A DNA stretch of 64,000 nucleotides, taken from NCBI GenBank assembly GCA_964016885.1, contig OZ024752.1:49972001-50036000 (forward strand), in the 5' to 3' direction. Of the stretch, positions 1 through 13,200 are shown piece after piece. Source of the stretch: Eledone cirrhosa. Lineage: Eukaryota. Numbering within the stretch: the first letter of the stretch is position 1; every line of letters starts with the position of its first letter. The notes below the pieces were generated by a model. It had not been told where the DNA came from. It saw only the letters and a list, made by a program, of their open reading frames with translations, and ran no database searches. A program made the position numbers and the translations under genes.

Positions 1-74
1 ATTACCTTCTTGCTAGCTACCCAACCTTCTTGCTAGCTACCCAACACCCCTCCCTCCCACCCCCACACACCACC

Positions 75-150
75 ATTGCTATTACGTGGACCAATCATAA
101 AACAGAGCCCCCACGTATCACCAGTATTATTACGCGGACCAATCAGAAAC
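75..150 (+). promoter_or_regulatory. Duplicated ~48-bp block with two CCAAT boxes in the LINE 5' UTR (candidate internal Pol II promoter)
   Basis: TATTACGTGGACCAATCA (CCAAT at 91) and TATTACGCGGACCAATCA (CCAAT at 139) both match the NF-Y consensus RRCCAATCA. Function is inferred. Confidence 0.35.
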
Positions 151-269
151 CAGAGGCCTATACTATCGCTTGCCTGGTTGCCTTTCGATATACGATATAT
201 GATGGATGGATGGACTGCGGAATCCTGGAGAGTGGAGGTGAGAGAGAAAAATCTGGACGCTCAGCGACA

Positions 270-3200
270 ATGCCAAAGATAAAGACAAATTCACCCCTTG
301 GACGAGAATGCGAGCACTCCTCATTGTTTCGACCGCGGACGGCTAACATAACCCCATCGCCCCCCGCCCCTCACCGCCCCCAACCCCCAAACGCAATCCA
401 AAACTTCAGAGTTGGTACCATAAATGTAGGCACCCTAAAGGGTCGCGCTAACGAGGTTGTAGAAATGCTTGAACGTAAGGAGGTCGATGTTTGTTGTATT
501 CAAGAGACCAGGTGGAGGGGTGGGTCTGCTAGGTTCATTGAGGGTAAAAAACGTTGTTATAAGCTTTTCTGGGTGGGAAACGACGATGGGCTGGGTGGAG
601 TAGGAATCATGGTAGCAGAAAAGTGGGCAGATAAGATAATAGACGTAAATAGAGTGAACGACAGAATAATTAAAATACGACTTGTCCTCAATAGAACTAC
701 GGTGACAGTAATATCTGCGTACGCACCCCAATCCGGACTGCCCGGCACTATAAAAGACAGATTCTATGAGACACTGATGCTCACTACCTCCCAAATATCT
801 GACAGTGACTATATAATTATTGCAGGCGACCTAAATGGTCACGTTGGGCAACATTGTGACGGCTACGACGAAATCCATGGAGGCTATGGGTTTGGTACTA
901 GAAATGAGGAAGGCTCCAGAATCCTGGAATTCTGTGATGCAAATAACCTAACTATCTGTAACACTAACTTCAAAAAACGTGACAATCACCTGATCACCTA
1001 TAGATCCGGGGAACACACAAGCCAGGTAGATTATATCCTTACCAGAAGACGTGACAGAGTGTCTGTTGTTAACACTAAATCCCTCCCCCATGAAGAATGC
1101 ACCTCCCAACATAGACTGATAATTAGCGACCTCATAGTCAGGACGAGACGTACTCGACAACAGAAGAGGACTATCCTCAGGAGGAAAATATGGAAGCTAA
1201 AGGACCCCACAGCCAGGAATAAATTTCAAAGCATATTACTTGATGCTTTCGACAGTAAGGAAGAACATTTAGAGTCGGACAATATAGAGGGAGAGTGGGA
1301 ATTTCTGAAAGCAAACCTGCTGTTGGCGACAGACGAGGTCTGTGGCTGGAGCAGGCCTGTAGGCAGGAGGAGAGTAACATGGTGGTGGAACAGTAAGGTG
1401 GAGGGGTCAATTAAGGCCAAAAAGCAGGCTTGGAAAGTATGGCGGGATGGGGGAAGTAGAGAGGACTATCAAGTGGCCAGGAGGGAAGCTAGGAGACAAG
1501 TGTACTTAGCAAGAAGGGAAGCTGAGGAAAGAAAGTTCAAGCATGTTCTACAACGCGATGACCAAAAACGTGAGGTGTTCAGGATTGCTAGGCAATGCGT
1601 CAAGGAAAACCGTGATATTGTCGGGGAGAAGTGTGTACTAAACGACGATGGCACACTTGCCATCACCGACGCTGATAAGAAGGTAGCTTGGAAGTGTCAC
1701 TATGAAAGGCTTCTAAATGAGGAGAATAATTGGGAGAAAGGCAGTCTCCCCCATATCGACCCAATAGAGGGACCAGCAGTGTTAGTCGAGGGGAGTATAA
1801 TAAGTAAGGCAATCAAGGATATGAAGACTGGTAAGGCGGCTGGGCCTTCGGAAATAGTTGCTGAGATGCTGAAGGCATCTGGCACGGTGGGACACACCAT
1901 GGTCACCCGCATAGTTAACCAAGTCGTACAGAACGGGGTTGTTCCGAAGGACTGGCATAGCAGCATCATCGTTAACTGTTATAAGGGTAAAGGAGACCCC
2001 CTAGATAGGAGTAACTATAGAGGCATTAAATTAATCGACCAGGTCATGAAGGTCACGGAAAGAGTAATAGCGCAACTAATCAGAGAGAGAATTGACCTAG
2101 ATGAAATGCAGTTCGGGTTTGTGTCAGGCAAAAGTACCACAGACGCTCTTTTCATAGTACGACAACTACAAGAGAAGTACCTAGCTAAAGGTAAACCCCT
2201 CTACTTAGCTTTTGTCGACTTGGAGAAAGCCTTCGACAGAGTCCCCCGCTCCATTATCTGGTGGGCTCTTAGAAAACTAGGCGTTGACGAATGGCTTGTG
2301 AGGGCTATACAAGCCATGTATAAAGAAACAGTCAGCAAGGTTAGAATTAACAACGAATATAGTGAAGAGTTTAGCGTAAAAGTCGGCGTCCATCAGGGCT
2401 CTGTTCTCAGTCCACTACTATTTATTATTGCCCTTCAGGCCATAACAGAGGAGTTCAAGACAGGCTGCCCATGGGAACTCCTATACGCAGACGACCTGAC
2501 ACTCATAGCGGAATCAATGGCCGAGCTAGAGAAGAAATTCCAAACATGGAAGCACGGCCTAGAGTCAAAAGGACTTAAAATTAACCTGGCTAAGACCAAA
2601 GTACTAGTTTGTAGGAAAGAAAACAAGGCGGCGGTCCCTTCTGGGAAATGGTCGTGCTCGGTGTGTAGGAAAGGCGTAGGTAGAAACTCCATTTTATGTC
2701 CTAAATGCAAAGTATGGGTGCATAAAAGATGTAGTGGGATCACAGGTAGGCTAACTAAGAACATAGATTTTACATGTGGCCGGTGCTCTGGTGCAATAAG
2801 TAGCAGCAAGTGCCCACAAACTACTAGCTCTTTCAATTGCGCAGAGGGTTCTATAGAAATAGTGGACAGCTTCCGTTACCTGGGCGATAAAATCAGCAGT
2901 GGGGGAGGGTGCTCTGAAAGTACTGTAGCTAGAGTCAGAACTGGTTGGAAAAAGTTCAGAGAGCTTATACCACTATTAGCTGCTAAAGGGTTCTCACTAA
3001 AAATGAAAGGCAGGTTGTACGATGCCTGCATACGAACAGCAATGCTGCATGGCAGTGAGACCTGGGCATTGTGTGCAGAGGATATACGCAGACTAGAGAG
3101 GAACGAAGCTTGCATGCTCCGCTGGATGTGTAACAGTAATATACGTGAACGGCAAAGCATAAACGAACTAAGGAATAAATTAGAGATAAGAGGGATCAGA

Positions 3201-3440
3201 TGTTGTTTACTCGAGAGAAGGCTACGTTGGTATGGACACGTGATGCGCATGAAAGTCGATAGCTATATAACAAAGTGCAGGGCAATAAAGATAGACGGTA
3301 GTCACGGAATAGGCAGACCTAGAAAAACCTGGGACGAGCTGATAAACTCCGACATCACACACTTACACCTCTCCAAGACAATGTCACTGGACCGAGACCT
3401 TTGGCGGTACTCAGTAACAGAGAAGACCCGCCTTACCTAA
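270..3440 (+). CDS. RTE LINE ORF: APE endonuclease, reverse transcriptase and PHD-type zinc finger (1056 aa from ATG270; in-frame ATG also at 210)
   Basis: APE motifs: GTINV, CIQETRW, SAYAPQ, GDLNGHVG, QVDYIL, SQH. RT motifs: NYRGIKL, QFGF, FVDLEKAFDRV, GVHQGSVLSPLLF, YADD, GLKINLAKTK, FRYLG. RTE C-terminus: LHGSETW, RRLRWYGHVMR, GRPRKTW. No stops or frameshifts. Confidence 0.95.
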   Translation: MPKIKTNSPLGRECEHSSLFRPRTANITPSPPAPHRPQPPNAIQNFRVGTINVGTLKGRANEVVEMLERKEVDVCCIQETRWRGGSARFIEGKKRCYKLFWVGNDDGLGGVGIMVAEKWADKIIDVNRVNDRIIKIRLVLNRTTVTVISAYAPQSGLPGTIKDRFYETLMLTTSQISDSDYIIIAGDLNGHVGQHCDGYDEIHGGYGFGTRNEEGSRILEFCDANNLTICNTNFKKRDNHLITYRSGEHTSQVDYILTRRRDRVSVVNTKSLPHEECTSQHRLIISDLIVRTRRTRQQKRTILRRKIWKLKDPTARNKFQSILLDAFDSKEEHLESDNIEGEWEFLKANLLLATDEVCGWSRPVGRRRVTWWWNSKVEGSIKAKKQAWKVWRDGGSREDYQVARREARRQVYLARREAEERKFKHVLQRDDQKREVFRIARQCVKENRDIVGEKCVLNDDGTLAITDADKKVAWKCHYERLLNEENNWEKGSLPHIDPIEGPAVLVEGSIISKAIKDMKTGKAAGPSEIVAEMLKASGTVGHTMVTRIVNQVVQNGVVPKDWHSSIIVNCYKGKGDPLDRSNYRGIKLIDQVMKVTERVIAQLIRERIDLDEMQFGFVSGKSTTDALFIVRQLQEKYLAKGKPLYLAFVDLEKAFDRVPRSIIWWALRKLGVDEWLVRAIQAMYKETVSKVRINNEYSEEFSVKVGVHQGSVLSPLLFIIALQAITEEFKTGCPWELLYADDLTLIAESMAELEKKFQTWKHGLESKGLKINLAKTKVLVCRKENKAAVPSGKWSCSVCRKGVGRNSILCPKCKVWVHKRCSGITGRLTKNIDFTCGRCSGAISSSKCPQTTSSFNCAEGSIEIVDSFRYLGDKISSGGGCSESTVARVRTGWKKFRELIPLLAAKGFSLKMKGRLYDACIRTAMLHGSETWALCAEDIRRLERNEACMLRWMCNSNIRERQSINELRNKLEIRGIRCCLLERRLRWYGHVMRMKVDSYITKCRAIKIDGSHGIGRPRKTWDELINSDITHLHLSKTMSLDRDLWRYSVTEKTRLT

Positions 3441-3829
3441 ATATATAGTAAAACCTACTCCAGCCAGTAGGCATCTCTAACAAAATACACCCCGTCCCAC
3501 CACCCCCACCCGATCCACACCACCCCGTTCTATGTAAAGTTATGTTGGTGCCGCGCCATCGAGGCCGAAACAAATGAGATCGTGTAGGTGTCACGACAAA
3601 AAAACACACAGTCCACGCTGTAATGTGGCCGTGTAGGCAACACGGTAAAAACCTCCCAGACCCACACTGTAAATGTGGTTGGTGTTAGGAAGGGCATCCA
3701 ACTGTAGAAAACCTGCCAGACAGTCCTATGCGAGCAAGACAATCACTCTTGCCTCAAGTGGGACTACCCCCGTCCAAACCCATGCAAGCGTGGAACACGG
3801 ACGTTAAACGTTGATGATGATGATGATGA

Positions 3830-3874
<45 letters not shown>

Positions 3875-3997
3875 TGAAAAGTTGGACGGGAACAAAAACA
3901 GAGAAGCAAACAAATAAAGGTTTATTAGGTTCACGCTCTCTCTATATATAAATATATTTATATATATATTTCCCAAGCAGGGAAAAGCGGACATAAA

Positions 3998-4032
<35 letters not shown>

Positions 4033-4191
4033 ATATACACACATTTATATATATCATCATCATGTCCGTTTAAATCTTTTTTTTTAAATATATATATATA
4101 TATATAATAAATGAAGTAATTCCGTCGGAAAGGTCCAGGAAAAAAGAGTGCTCTATGTAGGTAACAGAGCTTATTAGTTATTACATAACTA

Positions 4192-4248
<57 letters not shown>

Positions 4249-4332
4249 AAATACATATGTATGTACACAAACATATATACATAGATGCACACAAACATTA
4301 TATATCTATAAATATATATATATATAATACAT

Positions 4333-4377
<45 letters not shown>

Positions 4378-4380
<3 letters not shown>

Positions 4381-4535
4381 AAAAAGTATGACCCCGACGG
4401 CAGAGCTCAAGCCGTTTCGACGGCTATTTCTGGACCAGAAATAGCCGTCGGGGTCATACTTTTTCCTACTACACTAAGTATTGAGTACTCTAGTGCGTTA
4501 TGGTCCATCTGGTTCCTTACCACAATTCCTTTGTT
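4378..4535. mobile_element. Short fold-back repeat (family A, Penelope-like fragment) inside (TA)n
   Basis: TAGGAAAAAGTATGACCCCGACGGC ... GCCGTCGGGGTCATACTTTTTCCTA inverted arms; the same family occurs at 18252-18440, 42148-42340 and 50545-50593. Confidence 0.6.
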
Positions 4536-5089
4536 ATATATATATATATATATATATAGTCTAACCCATGCTAGACATTAAACGATGATGATGATGATGA
4601 TATATATATACATGAATGACAGTCGATCGACTTTCGTCAAATCGGACCGAGGAAACAATGTGGTCTTTCCAATTGCTAATACTATCTATCGGTCGCAACT
4701 CCAGGTAGAAGGAGCAACGTGAAATAAAGTGTCTTGCTCAAGGACATAACGCATATATATATATATATACAATATATACAATATATATATATGTGTGTGT
4801 GTGTGTGTATTAAATGAGGAATAATGACTCAATAAGACTGTAATCTCAACTCCCCCCCACCCACCCACCCCCACCCCACCAATAAAAGAACTGCCACCTC
4901 AAGAACTACATGCCGTACTCTATTAATCAGATATAATCCTTGTATTTATTGATAAACAGGATCTTGAAGTTGAGGCTTTGGGACTTGGTTTTATTACTCA
5001 TATTTAATAGATATTCACACAGACAGGTGATAGTGGGGAGTGAGAGGGGCAGGAGGGGGCGGGGGCATATAGAGGGGGAGATAGTCAGA

Positions 5090-5392
5090 CAAGGAGAGAG
5101 AGAGAGAGAGAGGGGCAGACAGAGTGAGAGAGAGGGGGGATAGAGGAGACAGAAGGAGAGATAGACAGGGAAGGAAAGAGAAATAGGGAGAGAGAGAGGC
5201 AGCGAGAGAGAGGGAGAGAGAGAGAGAGAGCAAGACAGAGTGTGAGAGAGGAAAAGAGAGCAAGACAGGATGAGAGAGAGAGAGAGAGGGAGGGAGAGTC
5301 AAACAGACAGTGAGATTGACAAACAAAGAGAGAGAGAAATAGAGAGAGAAAGGGACAGAGAGAGAGTGAGACAGACGGCGAGATAGACAGGA

Positions 5393-5423
<31 letters not shown>

Positions 5424-5430
5424 GAGAGAG
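5090..5430. repeat. (GA)n-rich polypurine tract
   Basis: Degenerate GA dinucleotide repeat, directly visible. Confidence 0.9.
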
Positions 5431-5550
5431 GATATGTGTGTATGTGTTGTAGTTGTATGTATGTGAGTAATATATGAAGTCAACATTTTGTGCTGGAAGA
5501 AACATGTTAATCTTTCTAAATTCTGGTGAAGGCTGGTGGGAGGTGAGGGC

Positions 5551-6348
5551 TGGTGGTGGTGGTGGTGGTGGTGTTGGTGGTGGTGGTGGTGGTGGTGGTG
5601 GTGGTAGTTGGTGGTGGTGGTGGTTGGTGGTGGTTGTGGTAGTGGTGGTGGTGGTGGTGGTGTTGGTGGTGGTGGTGGTGGTGGTAGTTGGTGGTGGTGG
5701 TGGTTGGTGGTGGTGGTGGTAGTGGTGGTTGTGGTGGTGGTGTTGGTGGTTGGTGGTGGTGGTGGTGGTGGTGGTGGTTGTGGTGTTGGTGGTGGTGGTG
5801 GTTTATGTGGTAGTGGTGGTGGTGGTGTTGGTGGTTGGTAGTTGTTGGTTGTGATGGTGGTAGTGGTGGTGGTAGTGGTGGTGTTGGTGGTTGATGGTGG
5901 TGGTTGTGATGGTGGTTGTGATGGTGGTGGTGGTGGTGATGGTGGTGGTGGTGTTGGTGTTGGTGGTGGTGGTGGTGGTGGTGATGGTGGTGGTGGTGGT
6001 AGTGGTGGTGTTGGTGGTTTATGTGGTAGTGGTGGTGGTTGGTGGTTGGTAGTGGTGGTGGTGGTGGTAGTGGTGGTGTTGGTGGTGGTGGTGGTTGTTG
6101 GTGGTGGTGGTGGTGGTGGTGGTGGTAGTGGTGGTAGTGGTGGTGTTGGTGGTTTATGTGGTAGTGGTGGTGGTTGGTGGTTGGTGGTGGTGATGGTAGT
6201 GGTGGTGTTGGTGGTTGTTGTTGTTGGTGGTCGTGGTGGTGGTAGTGGTAGTGGTGGTTGGTGGTCGTGGTTGTGATGGTGGTGGTGATGGTGCTTGTGG
6301 TGGTGGTGGTGGTGGTGATGGTGGTGGCGGCAGTGGAAGTGGTGGTGG
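5551..6348. repeat. Complex (GGT)n trinucleotide repeat with internal block duplications
   Basis: GGT/TGG repeats; the block GGTTTATGTGGTAGTGGTGG recurs three times. Confidence 0.9.
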
Positions 6349-6594
6349 AGGCTAAGGTGGTAGTGTAATAATCTCCCTTTCATGCAATGCCTATGACATG
6401 TGCCTCCGTCAACAATATCCTCAACCATAACAGACTCCTACAGTTCACGATAAACTTTCTCTGTGTAATAAATAACAACAAAAGCTATCGCTACGTTACT
6501 TTGAAATGTATATAAATGTAAGGAATTCACTTAAGTCTTTCACTCTTACAAACAATCTTAGTTTAGTTGAAAGGTCTTCAAAGTACATATGTGT

Positions 6595-6676
<82 letters not shown>

Positions 6677-6836
6677 TTGATTAAATCTAGTATAACAAAG
6701 CAGCTTCCCACAATAGGGATATATATATATATATATATATCATCATCATCATCATCATCATCATTTTACGTCCGCTTTTCCCTGCTTGCAAGGGTGGGAC
6801 GGGTCTTAAATATATATATATATATATATATATATT

Positions 6837-6878
<42 letters not shown>

Positions 6879-6896
6879 CGTATATATATATATATT

Positions 6897-6931
<35 letters not shown>

Positions 6932-7251
6932 ATATATATATACATATATAAATATAAATATATAGATAGATAGATGTACATATATATGTATTATATTTAT
7001 ATATATATATAGAAAGATATACATATATGTGTAATAGTGATATATTCATTTTGATACTAAACACTTTTACTTTGTCACCAGTACTGTACAACAAAAGGTT
7101 TCTCTCTCCAAACAAAAGACCGGGTGCATGATGTGGTGTGTGATGTGGTGTGTGATGTGGTGTGTGATGTGGTGTGATTTTACATGGTAGTGAGACATGG
7201 GTAGTGAATGCAGAGGATATGTTAAGCCTGGAGGGAAATGAAGCAACCCTG

Positions 7252-10200
7252 CTGTTAATGTGTACAGTTAATGTACACTGTTAATGTGTACAGTTAATGT
7301 GTACAGTTAATGTTCACTGTTAATGTGTACAGTTAATGTGTACAGTTAATGTACACTGTTAATGTGTACAGTTAATGTACACTGTTAATGTGTACAGTTA
7401 ATGTACACTGTTAATGTGTACAGTTAATGTACACTGTTAATGTGTACAGTTAATGTACACTGTTAATGTGTACAGTTAATGTACACTGTTAATGTGCACA
7501 GTTAATGTACACTGTTAATGTGTACAGTTAATGTTCACTGTTAATGTGTACAGTTAATGTGTACAGTTAATGTACACTGTTAATGTGTACAGTTAATGTG
7601 TACAGTTAATGTACACTGTTAATGTGTACAGTTAATGTGTACTGTTAATGTACACTGTTAATGTGTACAGTTAATGTACACTGTTAATGTGTACAGTTAA
7701 TGTACACTGTTAATGTGCACAGTTAATGTACACTGTTAATGTGTACAGTTAATGTTCACTGTTAATGTGTACAGTTAATGTGTACAGTTAATGTACACTG
7801 TTAATGTGTACAGTTAATGTACACTGTTAATGTACACTGTTAATGTGTACAGTTAATGTGTACTGTTAATGTACACTGTTAATGTGTACAGTTAATGTAC
7901 ACTGTTAATGTGTACAGTTAATGTACACTGTTAATGTGCACAGTTAATGTACACTGTTAATGTGTACAGTTAATGTGTACAGTTAATGTACACTGTTAAT
8001 GTGTACAGCTAATGTGTACAGTTAATGTACACTGTTAATGTGTACAGTTAATGTACACTGTTAATGTGTACAGTTAATGTGTACTGTTAATGTACACTGT
8101 TAATGTGTACAGTTAATGTACACTGTTAATGTGTACAGTTAATGTGTACAGTTAATGTACACTGTTAATGTGTACAGCTAATGTGTACAGTTAATGTACA
8201 CTGTTAATGTGTACAGTTAATGTACACTGTTAATGTGTACAGTTAATGTACACTGTTAATGTGTACAGTTAATGTGTACAGTTAATGTACACTGTTAATG
8301 TGTACAGTTAATGTACACTGTTAATGTGTACAGTTAATGTACACTGTTAATGTGTACAGTTAATGTGTACAGTTAATGTACACTGTTAATGTGTACAGCT
8401 AATGTGTACAGTTAATGTACACTGTTAATGTGTACAGTTAATGTACACTGTTAATGTGTACAGTTAATGTACACTGTTAATGTGTACAGTTAATGTGTAC
8501 AGTTAATGTACACTGTTAATGTGTACAGTTAATGTACACTGTTAATGTGTACAGTTAATGTGTACAGTTAATGTACACTGTTAATGTGTACAGCTAATGT
8601 GTACAGTTAATGTACACTGTTAATGTGTACAGTTAATGTGTACAGTTAATGTACACTGTTAATGTGTACAGTTAATGTACACTGTTAATGTGTACAGTTA
8701 ATGTGTACAGTTAATGTACACTGTTAATGTGTACAGCTAATGTGTACAGTTAATGTACACTGTTAATGTGTACAGTTAATGTACACTGTTAATGTGTACA
8801 GTTAATGTACACTGTTAATGTGTACAGTTAATGTACACTGTTAATGTGTACAGTTAATGTACACTGTTAATGTGTACAGTTAATGTACACTGTTAATGTG
8901 CACAGTTAATGTACACTGTTAATGTGTACAGTTAATGTACACTGTTAATGTGTACAGTTAATGTGTACAGTTAATGTACACTGTTAATGTGTACAGCTAA
9001 TGTGTACAGTTAATGTACACTGTTAATGTGTACAGTTAATGTGTACAGTTAATGTACACTGTTAATGTGTACAGTTAATGTACACTGTTAATGTGTACAG
9101 TTAATGTGTACAGTTAATGTACACTGTTAATGTGTACAGCTAATGTGTACAGTTAATGTACACTGTTAATGTGTACAGTTAATGTGTACAGTTAATGTAC
9201 ACTGTTAATGTGTACAGTTAATGTACACTGTTAATGTGTACAGTTAATGTGTACAGTTAATGTACACTGTTAATGTGTACAGCTAATGTGTACAGTTAAT
9301 GTACACTGTTAATGTGTACAGTTAATGTACACTGTTAATGTGTACAGTTAATGTACACTGTTAATGTGTACAGTTAATGTACACTGTTAATGTGTACAGT
9401 TAATGTACACTGTTAATGTGTACAGTTAATGTACACTGTTAATGTGCACAGTTAATGTACACTGTTAATGTGTACAGTTAATGTACACTGTTAATGTGTA
9501 CAGTTAATGTGTACAGTTAATGTACACTGTTAATGTGTACAGCTAATGTGTACAGTTAATGTACACTGTTAATGTGTACAGTTAATGTGTACAGTTAATG
9601 TACACTGTTAATGTGTACAGTTAATGTACACTGTTAATGTGTACAGTTAATGTGTACAGTTAATGTACACTGTTAATGTGTACAGCTAATGTGTACAGTT
9701 AATGTACACTGTTAATGTGTACAGTTAATGTGTACAGTTAATGTACACTGTTAATGTGTACAGTTAATGTACACTGTTAATGTGTACAGTTAATGTGTAC
9801 AGTTAATGTACACTGTTAATGTGTACAGCTAATGTGTACAGTTAATGTACACTGTTAATGTGTACAGTTAATGTACACTGTTAATGTGTACAGTTAATGT
9901 ACACTGTTAATGTGTACAGTTAATGTACACTGTTAATGTGTACAGTTAATGTACACTGTTAATGTGTACAGTTAATGTACACTGTTAATGTGCACAGTTA
10001 ATGTACACTGTTAATGTGTACAGTTAATGTTCACTGTTAATGTGTACAGTTAATGTGTACAGTTAATGTGTACAGTTAATGTACACTGTTAATGTGTACA
10101 GTTAATGTACACTGTTAATGTACACTGTTAATGTGTACAGTTAATGTGTACTGTTAATGTACACTGTTAATGTGTACAGTTAATGTACACTGTTAATGTG

Positions 10201-13200
10201 TACAGTTAATGTGTACAGTTAATGTACACTGTTAATGTGTACAGTTAATGTACACTGTTAATGTGTACAGTTAATGTACACTGTTAATGTGTACAGTTAA
10301 TGTACACTGTTAATGTGTACAGTTAATGTACACTGTTAATGTGTACAGTTAATGTGTACAGTTAATGTACACTGTTAATGTGTACAGTTAATGTACACTG
10401 TTAATGTGTACAGTTAATGTACACTGTTAATGTGTACAGTTAATGTACACTGTTAATGTGCACAGTTAATGTACACTGTTAATGTGTACAGTTAATGTTC
10501 ACTGTTAATGTGTACAGTTAATGTGTACAGTTAATGTACACTGTTAATGTGTACAGTTAATGTACACTGTTAATGTACACTGTTAATGTGTACAGTTAAT
10601 GTGTACTGTTAATGTACACTGTTAATGTGCACAGTTAATGTACACTGTTAATGTGTACAGTTAATGTTCACTGTTAATGTGTACAGCTAATGTGTACAGT
10701 TAATGTACACTGTTAATGTGTACAGTTAATGTACACTGTTAATGTGTACAGTTAATGTACACTGTTAATGTGTACAGTTAATGTACACTGTTAATGTGCA
10801 CAGTTAATGTACACTGTTAATGTGTACAGTTAATGTTCACTGTTAATGTGTACAGTTAATGTGTACAGTTAATGTGTACAGTTAATGTACACTGTTAATG
10901 TGTACAGTTAATGTACACTGTTAATGTGTACAGTTAATGTACACTGTTAATGTGTACAGTTAATGTACACTGTTAATGTGTACAGTTAATGTACACTGTT
11001 AATGTGTACAGTTAATGTACACTGTTAATGTACACTGTTAATGTGTACAGTTAATGTGTACTGTTAATGTACACTGTTAATGTGTACAGTTAATGTACAC
11101 TGTTAATGTGTACAGTTAATGTGTACTGTTAATGTACACTGTTAATGTGTACAGTTAATGTGTACAGTTAATGTGTACAGTTAATGTACACTGTTAATGT
11201 ACACTGTTAATGTGTACAGTTAATGTGTACTGTTAATGTACACTGTTAATGTGTACAGTTAATGTACACTGTTAATGTGTACAGTTAATGTACACTGTTA
11301 ATGTGTACAGTTAATGTACACTGTTAATGTGTACAGTTAATGTACACTGTTAATGTGTACAGTTAATGTACACTGTTAATGTGTACAGTTAATGTGTACT
11401 GTTAATGTACACTGTTAATGTGTACAGTTAATGTGTACAGTTAATGTGTACAGTTAATGTACACTGTTAATGTACACTGTTAATGTGTACAGTTAATGTG
11501 TACTGTTAATGTACACTGTTAATGTGTACAGTTAATGTACACTGTTAATGTGTACAGTTAATGTGTACTGTTAATGTACACTGTTAATGTGTACAGTTAA
11601 TGTACACTGTTAATGTGTACAGTTAATGTTCACTGTTAATGTGTACAGTTAATGTGTACAGTTAATGTACACTGTTAATGTGTACAGTTAATGTACACTG
11701 TTAATGTGTACAGTTAATGTACACTGTTAATGTGTACAGTTAATGTACACTGTTAATGTACACTGTTAATGTGTACAGTTAATGTGTACTGTTAATGTAC
11801 ACTGTTAATGTGTACAGTTAATGTACACTGTTAATGTGTACAGTTAATGTGTACAGTTAATGTACACTGTTAATGTGTACAGTTAATGTACACTGTTAAT
11901 GTGTACAGTTAATGTACACTGTTAATGTGTACAGTTAATGTACACTGTTAATGTGCACAGTTAATGTACACTGTTAATGTGTACAGTTAATGTACACTGT
12001 TAATGTGTACAGTTAATGTACACTGTTAATGTGTACAGTTAATGTACACTGTTAATGTGTACAGTTAATGTACACTGTTAATGTGCACAGTTAATGTACA
12101 CTGTTAATGTGTACAGTTAATGTTCACTGTTAATGTGTACAGTTAATGTGTACAGTTAATGTACACTGTTAATGTGTACAGTTAATGTACACTGTTAATG
12201 TACACTGTTAATGTGTACAGTTAATGTGTACTGTTAATGTACACTGTTAATGTGTACAGTTAATGTACACTGTTAATGTGTACAGTTAATGTGTACAGTT
12301 AATGTACACTGTTAATGTGTACAGTTAATGTACACTGTTAATGTGTACAGTTAATGTACACTGTTAATGTGTACAGTTAATGTACACTGTTAATGTGTAC
12401 AGTTAATGTTCACTGTTAATGTGTACAGTTAATGTGTACTGTTAATGTACACTGTTAATGTGTACAGTTAATGTACACTGTTAATGTGTACAGTTAATGT
12501 GTACTGTTAATGTACACTGTTAATGTGTACAGTTAATGTACACTGTTAATGTGTACAGTTAATGTGTACAGTTAATGTACACTGTTAATGTGTACAGCTA
12601 ATGTGTACAGTTAATGTACACTGTTAATGTGTACAGTTAATGTACACTGTTAATGTGTACAGTTAATGTACACTGTTAATGTGTACAGTTAATGTACACT
12701 GTTAATGTGTACAGTTAATGTACACTGTTAATGTGTACAGTTAATGTACACTGTTAATGTGTACAGTTAATGTACACTGTTAATGTGTACAGTTAATGTA
12801 CACTGTTAATGTGTACAGTTAATGTTCACTGTTAATGTGTACAGTTAATGTACACTGTTAATGTGTACAGTTAATGTACACTGTTAATGTGTACAGTTAA
12901 TGTACACTGTTAATGTGTACAGTTAATGTACACTGTTAATGTGTACAGTTAATGTACACTGTTAATGTGCACAGTTAATGTACACTGTTAATGTGTACAG
13001 TTAATGTTCACTGTTAATGTGTACAGTTAATGTGTACAGTTAATGTACACTGTTAATGTGTACAGTTAATGTACACTGTTAATGTGCACAGTTAATGTAC
13101 ACTGTTAATGTGTACAGTTAATGTTCACTGTTAATGTGTACAGTTAATGTGTACAGTTAATGTACACTGTTAATGTGTACACTTAATGTACACTGTTAAT

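Larger units (their letters stand above)
1..3833 (+). mobile_element. Near full-length RTE-clade non-LTR retrotransposon (LINE); 5' end may lie outside the window
   Basis: Single long APE+RT ORF, ~390-nt 3' UTR ending CCAAACCCATGCAAGCGTGGAACACGGACGTTAAACGTT(GAT)n, followed by (TA)n. A single ORF with a short-repeat tail is typical of RTE. Confidence 0.93.

Noticed and set aside
30-269. N-terminal extension of the LINE ORF from position 30
   Set aside because: Starts at a non-ATG codon within duplicated 5' UTR blocks; ATG210 or ATG270 is more plausible.
5085-6428. 447-aa Pro/Thr/His-rich ORF resembling extensin or formin
   Set aside because: Translation of (GGT)n and (GA)n microsatellites; no domain or splice context.
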